Position numbers and translations under genes: made by a program. Below the pieces are notes generated by a model. It was not told the DNA's origin and searched no databases. It saw only the letters and a list, made by a program, of their open reading frames with translations. 64,000 nt of DNA. It comes from Octopus vulgaris (Eukaryota). The stretch covers positions 7,688,001 to 7,752,000 of the forward strand of contig OX597836.1 in assembly GCA_951406725.2 (NCBI GenBank), given 5' to 3'. This document shows positions 12,901-26,218 of the stretch, in pieces. Within the stretch, counting starts at the first letter, position 1; every line of letters starts with the position of its first letter.

Positions 12901-13049
12901 AAAGTAAAAAGCAGAAATTGTAGTGTAGGAGGAGGTTTAAATGTCCGTAAAAGATTTTTGGATATAAAAGTTTTTAAGGTTCATAGCTGTAAGGGATGAA
13001 GGATATGTAAAAGGTTCTGTAATGGGATGCTTCTGGCTTAAACTGACTT

Positions 13050-13500
13050 CATCTTCATTGTTTAATGTCCATTTTCCATGCTGGCATGGGTTGGATGGTT
13101 TGGTATGGAGCTGGCCAGACTCCAGTTGTCTGTTGTGGCATGGTTCCTATGGATGCACTTCCTAATGCCAACCATTTTACAAAGTGTGCTGGGTTCTTTT
13201 TATGTGCCACTGGCATGGGTGTGTCTATGCAGCATCAACGCAAGTGCATTTTCTGTGGCGCCAGCTCCTGCAGAGCACAAGCCTGTATGTATCGGTGATA
13301 ATGATTTTACTTAGCTTCACATAGCTACTCAACAACAGCAAATTGCCACAACTTCCAGTCCCTTGTCATTTCCTCAGTGATACCCAGTATCCGAAGATCC
13401 TTTCTTACCACTTCATCCTACGTCTTCCTGAGTCTACCCCTTCCACACGTTCCCTCCACAGAGCTTGGCACTTCTTTATGCAGTGGTCCTCATCCATACG
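13050..13500 (-). mobile_element. RTE LINE 3' end (ORF2 C-terminus + 3' UTR)
   Basis: Minus strand encodes a degenerate GRGRLRKT*DEVVRKDLRILGITEEMTRD, followed by the shared 3' UTR. Confidence 0.8.
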
Positions 13501-14329
13501 CTCTTCTTTATGCATCAAATTTATATGTTAATTTCAATTTTTGATTTCTTGCCGTGTTGCATCACTATGTACATTTGTTTGTATAATGCACACTATTGCA
13601 TCAACCCATCACAGAATTTTTGAAACAGCTGTAAAGAATTACCATAGATTATCCTCTTCTTAATTATATTTTCACTTTTGTAATATCTGTATATTTATCT
13701 TGAAGGACTACCATAGCCTATCTCTCCCCTTAACTATATCTATGTTTATGATATATATATTGTCTTTTATCTTAATTATCTTTTGCTTGACCAGTGCATT
13801 CCTTGTAGCCCACTCTTGTTCTACTGGACAATTTTTACCAATTTTTAAGAACTAGATCTGCTTTGAGTACAAATCTGCTCTATATATTTTTACACCTTTT
13901 TAACATATTCTCACCTGTGCATGTGTGTATGTGTGTGTAGCTTATTTGTATATAGACTCAACCATTTTATATATTTCATTTATTGGTCTATCGATAACAT
14001 TTTCCCTTCTTTTTATATATGTCTTATTTATGCTAATTAGTCTACATTCATTCTCTTCTCACTAGTTTTCTAGACACCCCCTCTACCATCATGGTTATCT
14101 TAATATATTTACGCAATGCTCCCTTCCACCAAATCACACACACACCCATACCTAACACTCTACATGGTTGGTATATTCTGTCAATATCAGGCTTAGGTTT
14201 GCTGATTTGAAATAACTGACATCAGTGGGGGGTTTCCTAGTTTTTTTGTTTTGCTTGCTCAATAAGCTTTCATTTTGGTGAACTTACAGCTTACATTGAA
14301 TATGTACTATATAACTTAAATATCAAGTG

Positions 14330-14439
14330 TATGTGCGTATGTGCATACACACATATATATGAATATATATTAATGTGTGTGTGTGTGTGTGTATATTTAT
14401 TTATACATATATATATGTATATATATATGTATGTATATA

Positions 14440-14475
<36 letters not shown>

Positions 14476-14569
14476 CATATGTATATGTATACATATATAT
14501 GTATATGTATACATATATATGTATATATATATGTATATGTATACATATATATGTATATATATATATGTA

Positions 14570-14612
<43 letters not shown>

Positions 14613-14670
14613 ATACATACACATATAGACATAAGTGCACACATACACATATACTTACATATGTACGTAT
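14330..14670. repeat. Complex (TA)n/(TATG)n/(CA)n microsatellite
   Basis: Directly visible; explains the overlapping YIYI/CVCV ORFs. Confidence 0.95.
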
Positions 14671-16059
14671 CAATACCTATTATTTTTTATTATGCTTTTG
14701 GCATTGAATGCAACAATATTTAATATTAATCTAATGCTTTGTCTCCCTTTCTTCCTCTCTCTCCCCCTCCCCTTCCTCTCCCCCTCTCTCCCCCTTTCTC
14801 TCCCTGCCTGTGTTTTCCTTTTACTTCTAATGTTCTTCATTTACGTGTGTAAGTAATTTCATATCTGTTTCAAACATTTCTAAATATTTATATGGTTGTC
14901 ATCTTTGTTCTGTTTCTCCCATTTCTTTTCTCTAATTGCTAATATTCTATATTTCTGTTAATTTACCTCTTTTTCTTTCTTTTTTTTTTAGAGTAACTTC
15001 AGTTTTGATATTTATTATTATTATTATGTTTTTTTTTCTTTTTGGTTTGTTTGTTTAAATCTTTGCTGAACCTGTAATCTATTTGTAGTATTTTCTGCAG
15101 ATGGTTGTCATTTTTTTCTAAACAATTTTAGGTCATCACATTACAGAAGGTTTTATAAAATATTCATAGCACTTGAAGCTGTAGCTAGCTTGATTTAACA
15201 AATTCATTTATGGCATTAGATGTAAGCAGAAAAAGTATTGGCGTCTCCTTAACTTAGACCGATTACACTATTTTTCTTTTTTTCTTCTTATTTTAAATAT
15301 TGGCTTAGAAACATGTGAGGGTTGGTGACAGGGAGGGTATCCAGCCATAGAAAATCTTCCTTGACGAATTGTGTTTGACCTATGAAAGCATGGAAAAGTG
15401 GTTGTTAAAACGATGATGATGTTTTGGCTGGATGTAATGAATTAATGAATCTATTGATCTTAGCATGGATAGTGACCAGTGGTGAATGTGGATTGGTCAT
15501 GTGATGAAGACACAGCATCTCTTAGGTTATGGATTGTTCCTTGTGGAAAATGGAAGAGAATGCTGATGAAGGCAAAAGCAAAAATCAATGCGTCTAACAA
15601 AAAATAACTTGTAGTGTATCCGTCTATCTCAGTTGTCTTTCACCTTCACATTGCTTCCACCTTTCCACCATCTCTCAAGATCAATAATATAAGTTACAAA
15701 AATACCAGGGTGGATATAATTAATTAAAATCCTTATGGAACTTCTGGCATTGCCAGCTCCTGCCAAACTGTCCGACCCATACCAGCATGGAAAACAAACA
15801 TTAAATGATGATGATGATGATGATTAAATTGGTATCTCTCTTTCTCTCTCTCTCTCCCTCTCGTCATGCTACTCTCTTGATAGGTGGTTCACACATTCCC
15901 CATCCAACAGGTTATGCCTTTTTTTCAACAGTTTTTTGGTCATAGTAGAAGACACTTGCCCAAAGTGCCATGCAGTGGGACTGAACCTAGATCCATGTTG
16001 TTAGAAGAAAAAAAAAGCCACAGAGCCATTCTTGCACCTACATTGGTGAATTTTTTCCC

Positions 16060-16330
16060 ACTGTTCTTGACTCTGAGCTGTCTTTAATGACCTTCCTCTC
16101 TCAAGTCCTGTTGGTTCTAAGTTGTCATCGATGCTTCTGTAACTTTGCTTTTATTCTCAGTAGAAGGGGTTAGCTCTATGTAAACCCATTTTTACCTCTG
16201 GGAAGACGTGATCCACATTAGTCTAGTCTCTATCCTTTCACCTGTCCAGCAAAGCAGGCCCCTACCAGCAGCTCATGCTCTGCTGGCATAGCTCTCAGGG
16301 ACATTGAGGTGCCCAAGGACTGGACCTTGT
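16060..16330 (-). mobile_element. Non-autonomous RTE (BovB/Expander-like 5' end) fragment
   Basis: Minus strand ctcaatgtccctgagagctatgccagc..ctggtagggg..ggacaggt; homologous to 41112-41431. Confidence 0.6.
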
Positions 16331-17142
16331 GTTGAGGTGTTTGACTGAGTGACAGGTTAATTCTACCATAGTTTCTCTGAGAATTTTTCATGCAGTTTCT
16401 ATCCACCAAATTTAGTTCATGGGGCTTCGGTCTACCCAAGGCTGTGGCGGAAGACACACAATTGCTCAAGGTGCCCACATTGTTGGAAAGCAGATTTCTA
16501 AACTACATAGAGCCAACCCTTTTGCTTGTCTCAGAAATAATCATTACTATTTATTGATGTTGTTGGCTAAATGAGCTGGACAAAGATCTTAATCACACAT
16601 TTATATCTGTGGCCATGTGAGCAATAATTAGTATTGATGCAGGCATGGCTGTCTGGTTAAGAAGTTTACTCTCTAACTACATGAGCTTAGGCTCAGGTCC
16701 ACTGCATGGCGACTTAGGCAGCTTCTGCTGTAGCCCTAGGTTGATCAAAGCCTTGTGAGTGAATTTGGCAAAGGGAAACTGAAAGAAGCTTATTATATGT
16801 GTATCTGTGTGTATTCATACACCAACACATACACGTGCATGCTTGCATACGCACACACACAAACAAACCTGTATGTATGTGTATATATATGCAAGTGTGT
16901 GTATATATCTCCTTGTCTTCACATTGCATGAAGGTTTCAAATGAGTGTCACTGTCATGGAAGTAATGTCATCCATTGTCAATATCCTGCAAGAACATACC
17001 TGGCCATAGAGAAATATTACCCTGCTTAGAAACAGGTGAGGTTTGGCAACAGGAAGGGCATCCAGCTATAGAAAGTCTACCCCAATAATCTGTCCAACTC
17101 ATGCAAGCATGGAAAAGTGGGTATTAAATGATGTTGTTTAAT

Positions 17143-17360
17143 ATTCTTTTCTACTCTAGGCAAAAGGCCCGGAATTTTTGAGGAGGGGGTGCCAGTTGAT
17201 TAGATCGACCCCAGTACGCAAGTGGTACTTAATTTATCAACCCTGAAAGGATGAAAGGCAAAGCTGACCTCGGCGGAATTTGAACTCAGACTATAAAGAC
17301 AGATAAAATACCACTAAGCATTTTGCCCAGCATGTTAACGTTTCTGCCAGCTCGCCACCT
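17143..17360 (-). mobile_element. SINE family B (copies also at 33455-33660, 35044-35248, 36695-36990, 37610-37880, 49998-50195, 50805-51208, 57405-57610)
   Basis: ggcgagctggcagaaacgttag..ctgagttcaaattccgccgaggtcgactttgcctttcatcctttcggggtcgataaattaagtacc consensus; Pol III-like boxes. Confidence 0.9.
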
Positions 17361-17383
17361 TATGTTGTTTAATATCATTGGCT

Positions 17384-17770
17384 TGACCCGTTTGCAACAA
17401 TATTTCTTTTGAAATATTCTCCCTTTCTTTCAATCAATTTTTAGAATGAGGAAGAATTTAGCAAAATAACTTTGTCGCCATTTAGCTGTTGCTTGGAACA
17501 TAAATTAACAGGAAATTTTGGAAGGTTTAAATTTAGATTAGGTTAATCCTTTTGATACTAACCTGTCCAGTACTGCCCCTGAGTCTATGTTATAAACATC
17601 CCGTTTTAAAGCGATCTAAGTTAAAACTTTACATCAGAAATTTCATGTTAATGTATATTCCAAGCAGCAGCTCAATAACGTCAAAGCTAGTTTACTAAAT
17701 TTTTCAATATTTTCCCAATTAATTGAAACAAAGCAGTGTATTTCAACAGATATATGGTAACAAAATAGTG
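17384..17770. mobile_element. Two piggyBac-like MITE pieces in inverted orientation
   Basis: ttaatccttttgatac.. and ..tggtaacaaaa ends; 17385-17540 is reverse-complementary to 17615-17765; a ..tggtaacaaaagggttaa end of the same family is at ~37100-37114. Confidence 0.6.
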
Positions 17771-18953
17771 GAAACAGGAAGCGTGTATCATAGAACCAGG
17801 GACAGTCTCGAGTGGGTTGGCTGGTTTTGAAAGAGTGAACAAGCAAGACAAACAAAACATAGTCTTTAGAAGTATACTTTCGAAAACATTTAAAAATCAC
17901 AAGAGAAATTCTTTGATCCTTATCTTTATGGAAAAACAACGGTGTTGCCAAGCGTATAATAGCGACAAAGCAATCTACCTGTCATTACCTATTCTTCATA
18001 TCACCAAACTAAATGCGATTCACTGAAATATTCTTCGGTAAATTAGTTCTTGCTTCAGAATTTATTTTGCACTTTAACAAATCAATATGTTGACAACTGT
18101 CTTCTCTTTCATGTTGCTCAACACCCCACCATCTCCTCCTGCCTATTCCTCTTCCTCCTTTTCGTTTGACCATCTACTTTGACCATTAAACCAGTGAACT
18201 GTGTCAGTGACAAGATTTTGTCTTTTACTTGTTTCAGTCATTGGACTGTGGCCATGCTAGGGCACCACCTTGAAGGATTTCAGTTGAACAAATCAATTCC
18301 AGTATTTATTGTCTTTTAAGTCTGGCACTTATTTTATCAGTCTCTTTTCCCAAACCACTAAGTTATGGGGACATAAACAAACCAACACTGGCTATCAAAC
18401 CTGGCTTTCCATCGGTTACGATGACGAGTGTTCCAGTTGATTCGATAAATGGAACAGCCTGCTCATGAAATTAACGTGCAAGTGGCTGAGTGCTCCACAG
18501 ATGTGTGTGCCCTTAATGTAGTTCTCTAGGAGATTTATTGCGACACAGAATTTGACATGGCTGACCCTTTGAAGTACAGGCACAACTCATTTTTGCCAGC
18601 TGAGTAGAGTGGAGTAACATGAAATAAAGGGTCTTGCTCAAGGACCCAACACGCTACTAGGAATCAAACTCATAACCTTACGATCGGGAGCCGAGTACCC
18701 TAACCACCAAGCCACGTGCTTCATCTGTTTGTCAAACCAAGGGGAGACAAAGACAAGCAAAAGGAATACACACACACACACACATGTACATTCTGTTATT
18801 CAGTTTATTCTGTTATCAGTTTCAATTATTAGACTGCGGCCATGCTAGAGCACCGCCTTAAAAAGTTTTAGTTGAAGAAATCAACCCCTGGACCTATTCT
18901 TTGTAAACCTATTACTTATTCTATTGGTCTCTTTTGCAATGGGACTAAACCAC

Positions 18954-19030
18954 ATGATACATGAAACCTGATTGGTTATCAGTTTGAACCAGATGATACA
19001 TGAAACCTGATTGGTTATCAGTTCAATCCA
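18954..19030. repeat. 39-bp tandem duplication (2 copies)
   Basis: atgatacatgaaacctgattggttatcagtt occurs twice at period 39. Confidence 0.9.
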
Positions 19031-19691
19031 TGAACTAAGCCAGCAAGAAAGACTCTTGTAAACTCAATTTCTAACCTGTCAACAATTGTCTTCTCTTTCA
19101 TGTCAGTAGATCCTCCTCTTCTTTCTCTCCCTCATCGTCATCTCCCTCTTGCTCTTCCCCTTGTTCCTCCCCTTCCCCTCCTTTCCAATATGAAAGACAT
19201 ACTTTGTAGAATAATACATCAGAGAAAATGAAATGAAAAGAGAAGAGATGATGAAAAACAAGGAAAACTAAATCAACAAAAGCCTTCTTCTATGAAACTA
19301 GTGCAGACATTTATCTTGTTTGTGGATCTTTATTCATAATCTATGCTGAAGTTTTTGGTGGCAGATTTAGTCATGCAAGGGGACTGAACCTGGAGCCATA
19401 TGATTGGGAAGCTAACTTCTTACCCTAGAACTATGTCTATAATGATATTTTTCTCTCAGACAAAAACCACAGCATCCTGCCTTGTCCATGGTGTATATAC
19501 ATTAAGTATGACACACAGATGCCTATTTTAATTTAATGCTGTTTCAGTTGCATACACTGAGTTTTTATTCAGCCCAGCAGCTTTCCACGGTATCAGTGAA
19601 TGTTCTATTCACGGTTTCCTATATTACAAGGGTGAGAAGGGTTATGGATTTTGATTAGGCATGTAACTAGTGAGTATGTGTCATTGAAAGG

Positions 19692-19744
19692 CTCACCCCC
19701 AGCAGTGACCTATGACATTTTTGTAAGTCACTGCTGGGGGTGAG
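19692..19744. repeat. GC-rich hairpin with perfect 18-bp arms, between ~85-bp direct repeats (19450-19535, 19802-19882)
   Basis: ctcacccccagcagtgac / gtcactgctgggggtgag. Confidence 0.85.
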
Positions 19745-20332
19745 GCTCATCTTGGTCTTGATATGCCTTGTGTTTTTGACACAGCGTGTCTTTGAAGAGA
19801 CTTTCTTTCAGACAAAAACCACAATTTCCTGTCTGCTAATGATGTGTGTCAAGTATGACACATAGATGGCTATTTCAATTTTGTACTAATGGACATTTCT
19901 CTATTACTGATAAACAATGATTGTTGTCATATAAATGTTAATAACAGAAATGATCTGGTTTTATTGTGCAACAGAAGTTCATTGATGTTTTGTGTCGTAG
20001 ATAAGTGTATGTTGTATGTCTTTAAATAATTATAATTTGAGTCAGTAAAATACAATTATCAGTCCACCTGAAGTCAATTATAAACTTCTTTAATGCTATT
20101 TCTGCTATTAAGGAAAGTCTATGAACATTTCAGCTTCCTATTTCTATTTAATCTAAAGTAAACAGCCACAACAATTTTATGACTCAAGACATTCTAGCTA
20201 TGACCATCTCATATTTTATTCAGGCATAGTATATGTAGGACTACATTATCCAGTTTGTCCTTCTTTTTTAAGCTGGCAGGGTTTCATTGATGGGATATTT
20301 TGCTGCTTTTTAAAAAACTTTTTTTGGCAATA

Positions 20333-20497
20333 GGCGCAGGAGTGGATGTGTGGTAAGTAGCTTGCTTACTAACCACATGGTTCTGGGTTCATTCCCACTG
20401 CGTGGCACCTTGGGCAAGTGTCTTCTACTATAGCCTTGGGCCGACCAAAGCCTTGTGAGCGGATTTGGTAGACGGAAACTGAAAGAGGCCCATCATA

Positions 20498-20538
<41 letters not shown>

Positions 20539-20748
20539 TTGTGTGTCTGTGTTTGTCCCCCCCGACATCGGTTGACAACCGATGGTGGTGTGTTTACGTC
20601 CCCATAACTTAGCGGTTCGGTTAAAAGAGACCAATAGAATAAGTACTTGGCTCCCAAAGAATAAGTCCTGGTGGTCGATTTGCTCAGCTAAAGTCGGTGC
20701 TCCAGTATGGCCGCAGTCAAATGACTGAAACAAGTAAAAGAGAGTAAA
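20333..20748 (+). mobile_element. SINE family A, full length (others 27319-27682 -, 39781-40175 +, 46613-46992 -, 60148-60552 +)
   Basis: ggcgcaggagtgg head through gaaacaagtaaaag tail. Confidence 0.9.
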
Positions 20749-20903
20749 AAAAGTAATTCAAGCAACCATGTATAAGCTCTTGTGTATTGATGTGTGATGC
20801 TTTGTTGATTTGCTGTATAACTTTATTACTCACCACTCTAGGTATGTGAACAGTACTTATTGTAGGTCAAACTTGTACTACTCTGATATACAAGGTCTGA
20901 TCA

Positions 20904-21043
20904 AAAAGTACTGGGACATGTACTACGGTTATTGAGCTAAAAGTACTGGGACATGTACTACTGTTATTGAGCTAAAAGTACTGGGACACGTACTACGGTT
21001 ATTGGGCTAAAAGTACTGGGACATGAACTGTGGTTATTGAGCT
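20904..21043. repeat. 35-bp minisatellite x4
   Basis: Unit aaaagtactgggacatgtactacggttattgagct; starts inside a mariner-TIR-like end tacaaggtctgatcaaaaagta. Confidence 0.9.
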
Positions 21044-21332
21044 AAAGTGTGCAAAGGGAAGCCACTTGATCATGATCTTGCTTGACAACCAGTGTTGGCA
21101 TGTTTATGTCCTTGTAACTTAGCAGTTCAGCAAAAGCGTTCGATAGGGTAAGTACCGGGCTTAAAAATAGAAACAAAGCTACTGGGGTTGGTTCACTCGA
21201 CTAAAATGTCTTCAAGGCGATGCCCCAGCATGGCCACTGTTTAATGATTAAAACAAAGATAAAAGATAAAAAACTAAAATAAATGAATCAAAATATTTGT
21301 GCGTGTGTAGATGTAGACAAGGCCTTATAATT

Positions 21333-22392
21333 CAGCCCTTTTGTCGTATTTCTGCTGAATTACACTGCCTTCGTTTTAATTAATTTTGAAAATGTTGGCC
21401 AAATTAATTAAAATAACTTTGTCATTTATTAAGATGTGGTGTTTGGAGTGTAAATTAATGTGAAATTTTGATAGAAGGTTTTAATTCAGCTCACTTTAAA
21501 CCAGGGAATTTGTATGAGAGAAACATAGGCTGTTTCAGGCATGTTGGTATCAGAAGGATTGATTGTTCAATCTCCCTGTGTGGCAGCTTGAACAAGTATT
21601 TTCTGTCATAACCTTGCATTGACTCAAACCTTGTGAGTGAAATTGGAAAGACAAACTGTAGAAGCCTGTTTATTAGACTGTCTTCACAACTTAACTCTTC
21701 AGCAATTGGATTATTATCTCAAATGTTATGCTTACTTGTTCACATTGTTCTCAATTAATCAGGCATTATGTTGCATCTTGTAAAATTTTGATAACGTGAT
21801 TATTTACTTTTAGAATGACATTGTAGGATCATTGTCTGCGACCATGTCTAATCAGTTTGAACATAAAGCAGGTAGAATATTTTTAGCTAGAGATGACCTG
21901 TTTAAATGCGAATGGGTTAACCTGTCTAGCTTACTTGTTCACATTGCTTTGAATTAATCATGTATTATGTTACGGCTTTGAGATATCAATGTGATTGCTT
22001 ATTTTTAGAATAACATTGTTGGGTAGGTGTGAGAGGTTGGATATGACCAATCTGAACATAAAACAAGTAGAATATTTTGGGTGGTTTAAATGCTAAAGGG
22101 TTAAAAAGTTAAAATCTCATCTCTCACTCTCTCCCTCTTTCACACACACAGATTTTGTCTGAGAATTTAAGAATTACATTAACTCTTTAACATTAAACAG
22201 GCCATATCCAGCCGAAATGTTCTGTATGCTTTAACCAGATTCAGCTTCTCGCACCTATCCTTCAATGTTATTCTTAAAACAAACACATCATTAAAATTGC
22301 TCAGTGCTCTGAGATAATGCATGATTAATACTAAATAATGTGAATCAATAAGTATTACATTCAACAGAATAATCTGGATGCTAAATGGTTAA
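21333..22392. mobile_element. Cluster of four piggyBac-like MITEs
   Basis: TTAA-bounded ends such as ttaactctttaacatt and aatgctaaagggttaa; homologous bodies (agataatgcatgattaat); further copies at ~47500 and ~50477. Confidence 0.75.
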
Positions 22393-22497
22393 GCGTCTGA
22401 ATTCCACTGTTGGTAGTTCCAAGGAAAATCTTTTAAAATACATGTATGTTTAATGTATGTGTGTGTGTATCTATGAGTGTGTGTGTGTGTGTGTGTA

Positions 22498-22547
<50 letters not shown>

Positions 22548-22570
22548 GTCAAAAATAAGGGTGATTGGAT

Positions 22571-22609
<39 letters not shown>

Positions 22610-23383
22610 GGTCACTCTTGCAATGTATTGTGTCCTTGTTATTGACATTAAACTGCATCTGGTGGTGAGGCTTTAGTCCAAGAGTACTGGAGCTGTGGGA
22701 AGTGTGGAGTCACCCCTCAATTACCATTAGTCCCAGGTTTCTTCTGACTGGGAATGGTAATGGCGGTCAGGGTCCTGTCTATGGGTTAAATAGATTTCCC
22801 AGGGATAGCAGAGGCTCCTGTTAATTTGTTTGACAAAGCCGCAGGGAAGGCAGCTCTTCAATGAGAAAGATACTCTGACGTCAAACTTGCAGTCAAAGTA
22901 GTTACTCAGTCATCTTGCAATGTTTGTCACTGGAACCTTCTATGGCAACAGAGGGAGTGGCAAAAGTGTTGTACAGGCTTTTGTCACTTAAATCCAATGA
23001 CCTACAGATGTCTCAATATTCGTTTCATTTCTGGATCCGTTTTGTATTGTATAAAGTCCCATGGCGACGGACATCTGTGCACATGCAAGGATGAAAGTTA
23101 ATGAGTGCTACCAGGCTGAGTGTGAGGCGGCTATTATCTGACAAGTTGTGGAAATCACCATATGTGTGTGTGCAGAATGGATGTTTTATAGGTAGCTATA
23201 TGTGGTGTGAGTATTTATATGTGTGTGTGTCTGTATGTATGGCTGTAGTAAGATGCTTGCTTCCCAACAACATGGTTCTGGGTTCAGTCCCACTGCATGG
23301 CACCTTAAGCAAGTCTCTTCTACTATGGCTTCGGGCTGACCAAAGCCTTGCAAGTGGATTTGGTAAACGGAAACTGAAAGATT

Positions 23384-23422
<39 letters not shown>

Positions 23423-23426
<4 letters not shown>

Positions 23427-23582
23427 CAGCTGCATAAAGAAGTGCTGATCACTGAAAGTAGATGAGAAAGGAAGATGTGGGATGGAGTGGTAAAGATCAA
23501 TTTCAGGATGTTAGGCCCCCACGGAGGAAATGACAATGGATCCAGATGTCAGGTGATATGAAGTTCTTGAGGAGACCCACCC
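23423..23582 (+). mobile_element. RTE LINE ORF2 C-terminal fragment
   Basis: Degenerate DSCIKKC..RKMWDGVV..RMLGPTEEMTMD, homologous to 63570-63700. Confidence 0.65.
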
Positions 23583-23959
23583 TCGAAACTGAGTTCTAGA
23601 AGTGCTATGTGTCCCACCCACACTTAAAAAGAAAATTTCTCACACACTGAACCACAACAAACCAAACTCCATTTCCACATCTCTTTCTCACATTTCCACT
23701 TCATGCGCTAGGTTTACCTCCTACTGTCCGATCCTTTCTTCTTCACCCTGTGTCACTGTATCATTGCTCTCCACTAGCTTCCAACCTTTGAGTTCCACCC
23801 ACACATAACAAGAAAACCCTACCCCAACAAACCAATCTACATCTCTACTCTTCCTCACATTTCATCTTTCATACACTATGCCTAGCTCTTATTCCCCAAC
23901 CTGTCCTCACAGCTCTGTTCCTATCATTGCTATCCAGTACCCCCCCCCCCCCCGACTCT

Positions 23960-24762
23960 ATATATACCCAGGTTTCCGCCACTCATTCCTTCCCCTTTGC
24001 AGTCTTTAATCATGTTCCCTTTGCTATATCCTGCCATTTATATCATGGAGTTTGAACCTCAAGGGTATGCCCTGGCACTTGCCACCATCTATATCTCTCT
24101 CTCCCTTTATTCAACCATCCCATTTATATTCTGATCCCCGTCCCTTTTGAGTATGGCTGGCACTTTTCCACCATCTCTGTCTTGCTGTCTCCCACTTTCT
24201 CTATCTCTCCCCCTCCTCCTGCACTTCCCTCAGGTTGGGTAACCAAATATTTCCTTTGTGGCAGCACACCTGTTTCTGTCTTCATTCATGATCTCTCTTT
24301 CTCTCTCCTGCTGGGTAACCTTGTACCTCCTCTACAGCAAGACACCTGTTTCTGTCTCTCTGTCTTACAATCACCCTTCATCATCCAACACAAGATCACC
24401 TCCCCCAATGCCCCCTCCCCTCTCAAAATAGTTTTTGTTTTTTGTCTTGCAAGTACTTGGTGACCCTGTCAGTGCAGGTACCACTTTAAAGCACCCAGTC
24501 CACACTGTAGAGTGGTTTGCATTTGGAGGTGCATCCAGCTGTAAAAACCTTGCCAAAACTGACCTCGCCTGTGCTTGTGCCACATAAAAAAATCACTAAG
24601 CCCACTCTGCTGAGAGGTTGGTGTTAGAAAGAGCATCTAGCTGTAAAGATCTTGCCCAAACAGTTACAGGAGACTGGTGCAGGCTTCTGCCTGGTCGGTT
24701 CTTGTCAAATCGTCCCACCCATGCCACCATGGAAGGCAGACATTAAATGATGATGATGATGA
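23960..24762 (+). mobile_element. LINE-like 3' region with pyrimidine-rich body and duplicated 3' module (related pieces 7820-8270, 11090-11545)
   Basis: Shared gcaagacacctgtttctg..tgtcttgc..tacttggtga, then two copies of the ggtt..gcatccagctgtaaa module and a (GAT)n tail. Confidence 0.6.
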
Positions 24763-25332
24763 TATATATTAAAAACACCTTTTATTCATTCATGACTATG
24801 GAATTGAACCTAAACAATTACCCCCTGAGGAATAAGTTCAGGCAAGGTGGTATTTGGAAGACCTGTAGTTGCCTATGCATACCAGCCTCCCCACTCTAAA
24901 CCACCAATGTTATCCAATGGGAAGGCAAAGGCCAATCCAACTTGGTACCAGTGATTTCGCAACTCTTTTCTATAGTTGAGTGAACTGGAGCAATGTGAAA
25001 TAAAGTGTCTTGCTCAAGAGCACAACACATAGCCCAGTCTGGGAATCAAACTCACTACCTCATGATTGTGAGCCTGACACTCTAACCACTGAGCCATATG
25101 CCTTCAGGTATATATATCTATGTGTGTCTGTGTTAGTTATCCCTTCCATCACCAGTGTTGGTGTATTTACATCCACATCACTTAGTGATTTGGTGAAAGA
25201 GACCAATAGAATAAGTAGTAGGCTTAAAACAAAATAAGTCCTGGCGTCAATTTGTTTGACCAAAAAGAACTCTTCAAGGTTGTGCTCCAGCATGGCCACA
25301 GTCAAATGACTGAAACGAGTAAAAGGAAAAAG

Positions 25333-25373
<41 letters not shown>

Positions 25374-25894
25374 TGTGTGTATGTGTGTAAGGCATAAACA
25401 TTTGTGTATATTTGTCTATATAGTTACATAATCAATGAAATATATGAATTTATGTCATAATTTCTCACCAAATTCACTTATTGTTATGTTTTGAAGTTGG
25501 ATTTGACAATTTTATTTTATTTCATGATATAAAAATGAAAAATACGAACCAGAAATATTTAGAAAATGTTTTAAGGAATTCCAGAAATGTATTCTGACCG
25601 ACTGAGTATATGTCATTACTTGCCACTGATATTTACCGTTGTTGGTGGAGAAGTCTAGATATGCTACAAATAGCAGCTAAATTTCCATTGAATCATACCC
25701 AGCCACTGTAAATAAGGAAAGAACTTATTAGCTTGGCTGGCTGCATTGGTAAGAAATTTACTTCCAAACCTCAGTTTCTGGTTCAGTTCTACTGCATGGC
25801 ACCTTGTGTCTTCTACTATAGCCCTGGGTCAACCAATGCTTTTGAGTGGATTTGGTACACAGAAACTGTGTGGAATCTCATCAAATGTATGTGC

Positions 25895-26218
25895 ATTCCC
25901 ATGCCGGTGGCATGTGAAAAGCACTATCTGAATGTGATCAATACCAGGGCTGCCTGACTGGCTCCTGTGCCAGTGGCATGTAAAGAGCACTATCCAAACG
26001 TGAGTGATGCCAGGCCCACCTGACTGGCTCCTGTGCCGGTGGCATGTAAAACGTACTCACTACACTCTCGGAGTGGTTGGTATTAGGAAGGGCATCCAGC
26101 TGTAGAAACACTGCCAGATAAGATTGGAGCCTGGTGCAGCCACTGACTCTCCAGACCTCAGTCAAACCGTCCAACCTATGCCAGCGTGGAAAACAGACGT
26201 TAAACGATGATGATGATC
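25895..26218 (+). mobile_element. RTE 3' UTR fragment with 3 tandem units
   Basis: Same as 7310-7667. Confidence 0.8.

Noticed and set aside
14291-14723. Many overlapping 80-130 aa ORFs (YIYI/CVCV/HTHT), likewise at 59050-59780 and 62480-63100
   Set aside because: Translations of dinucleotide microsatellites
15132-15221. AG...GTAAGC-bounded candidate exon ending ATG GCA TTA GAT
   Set aside because: Stops in all frames; could only be a 5' UTR/first exon and cannot be supported without transcripts
20705-20740. SINE-A tail cagtcaaatgactGAAACAAGTA as a half-hammerhead
   Set aside because: No CUGANGA upstream in the copies examined; better explained as the LINE-recognition 3' stem-loop
20904-21043. 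CRISPR-like regular 35-bp repeats
   Set aside because: Head-to-tail repeats with no unique spacers, eukaryotic context, no cas genes
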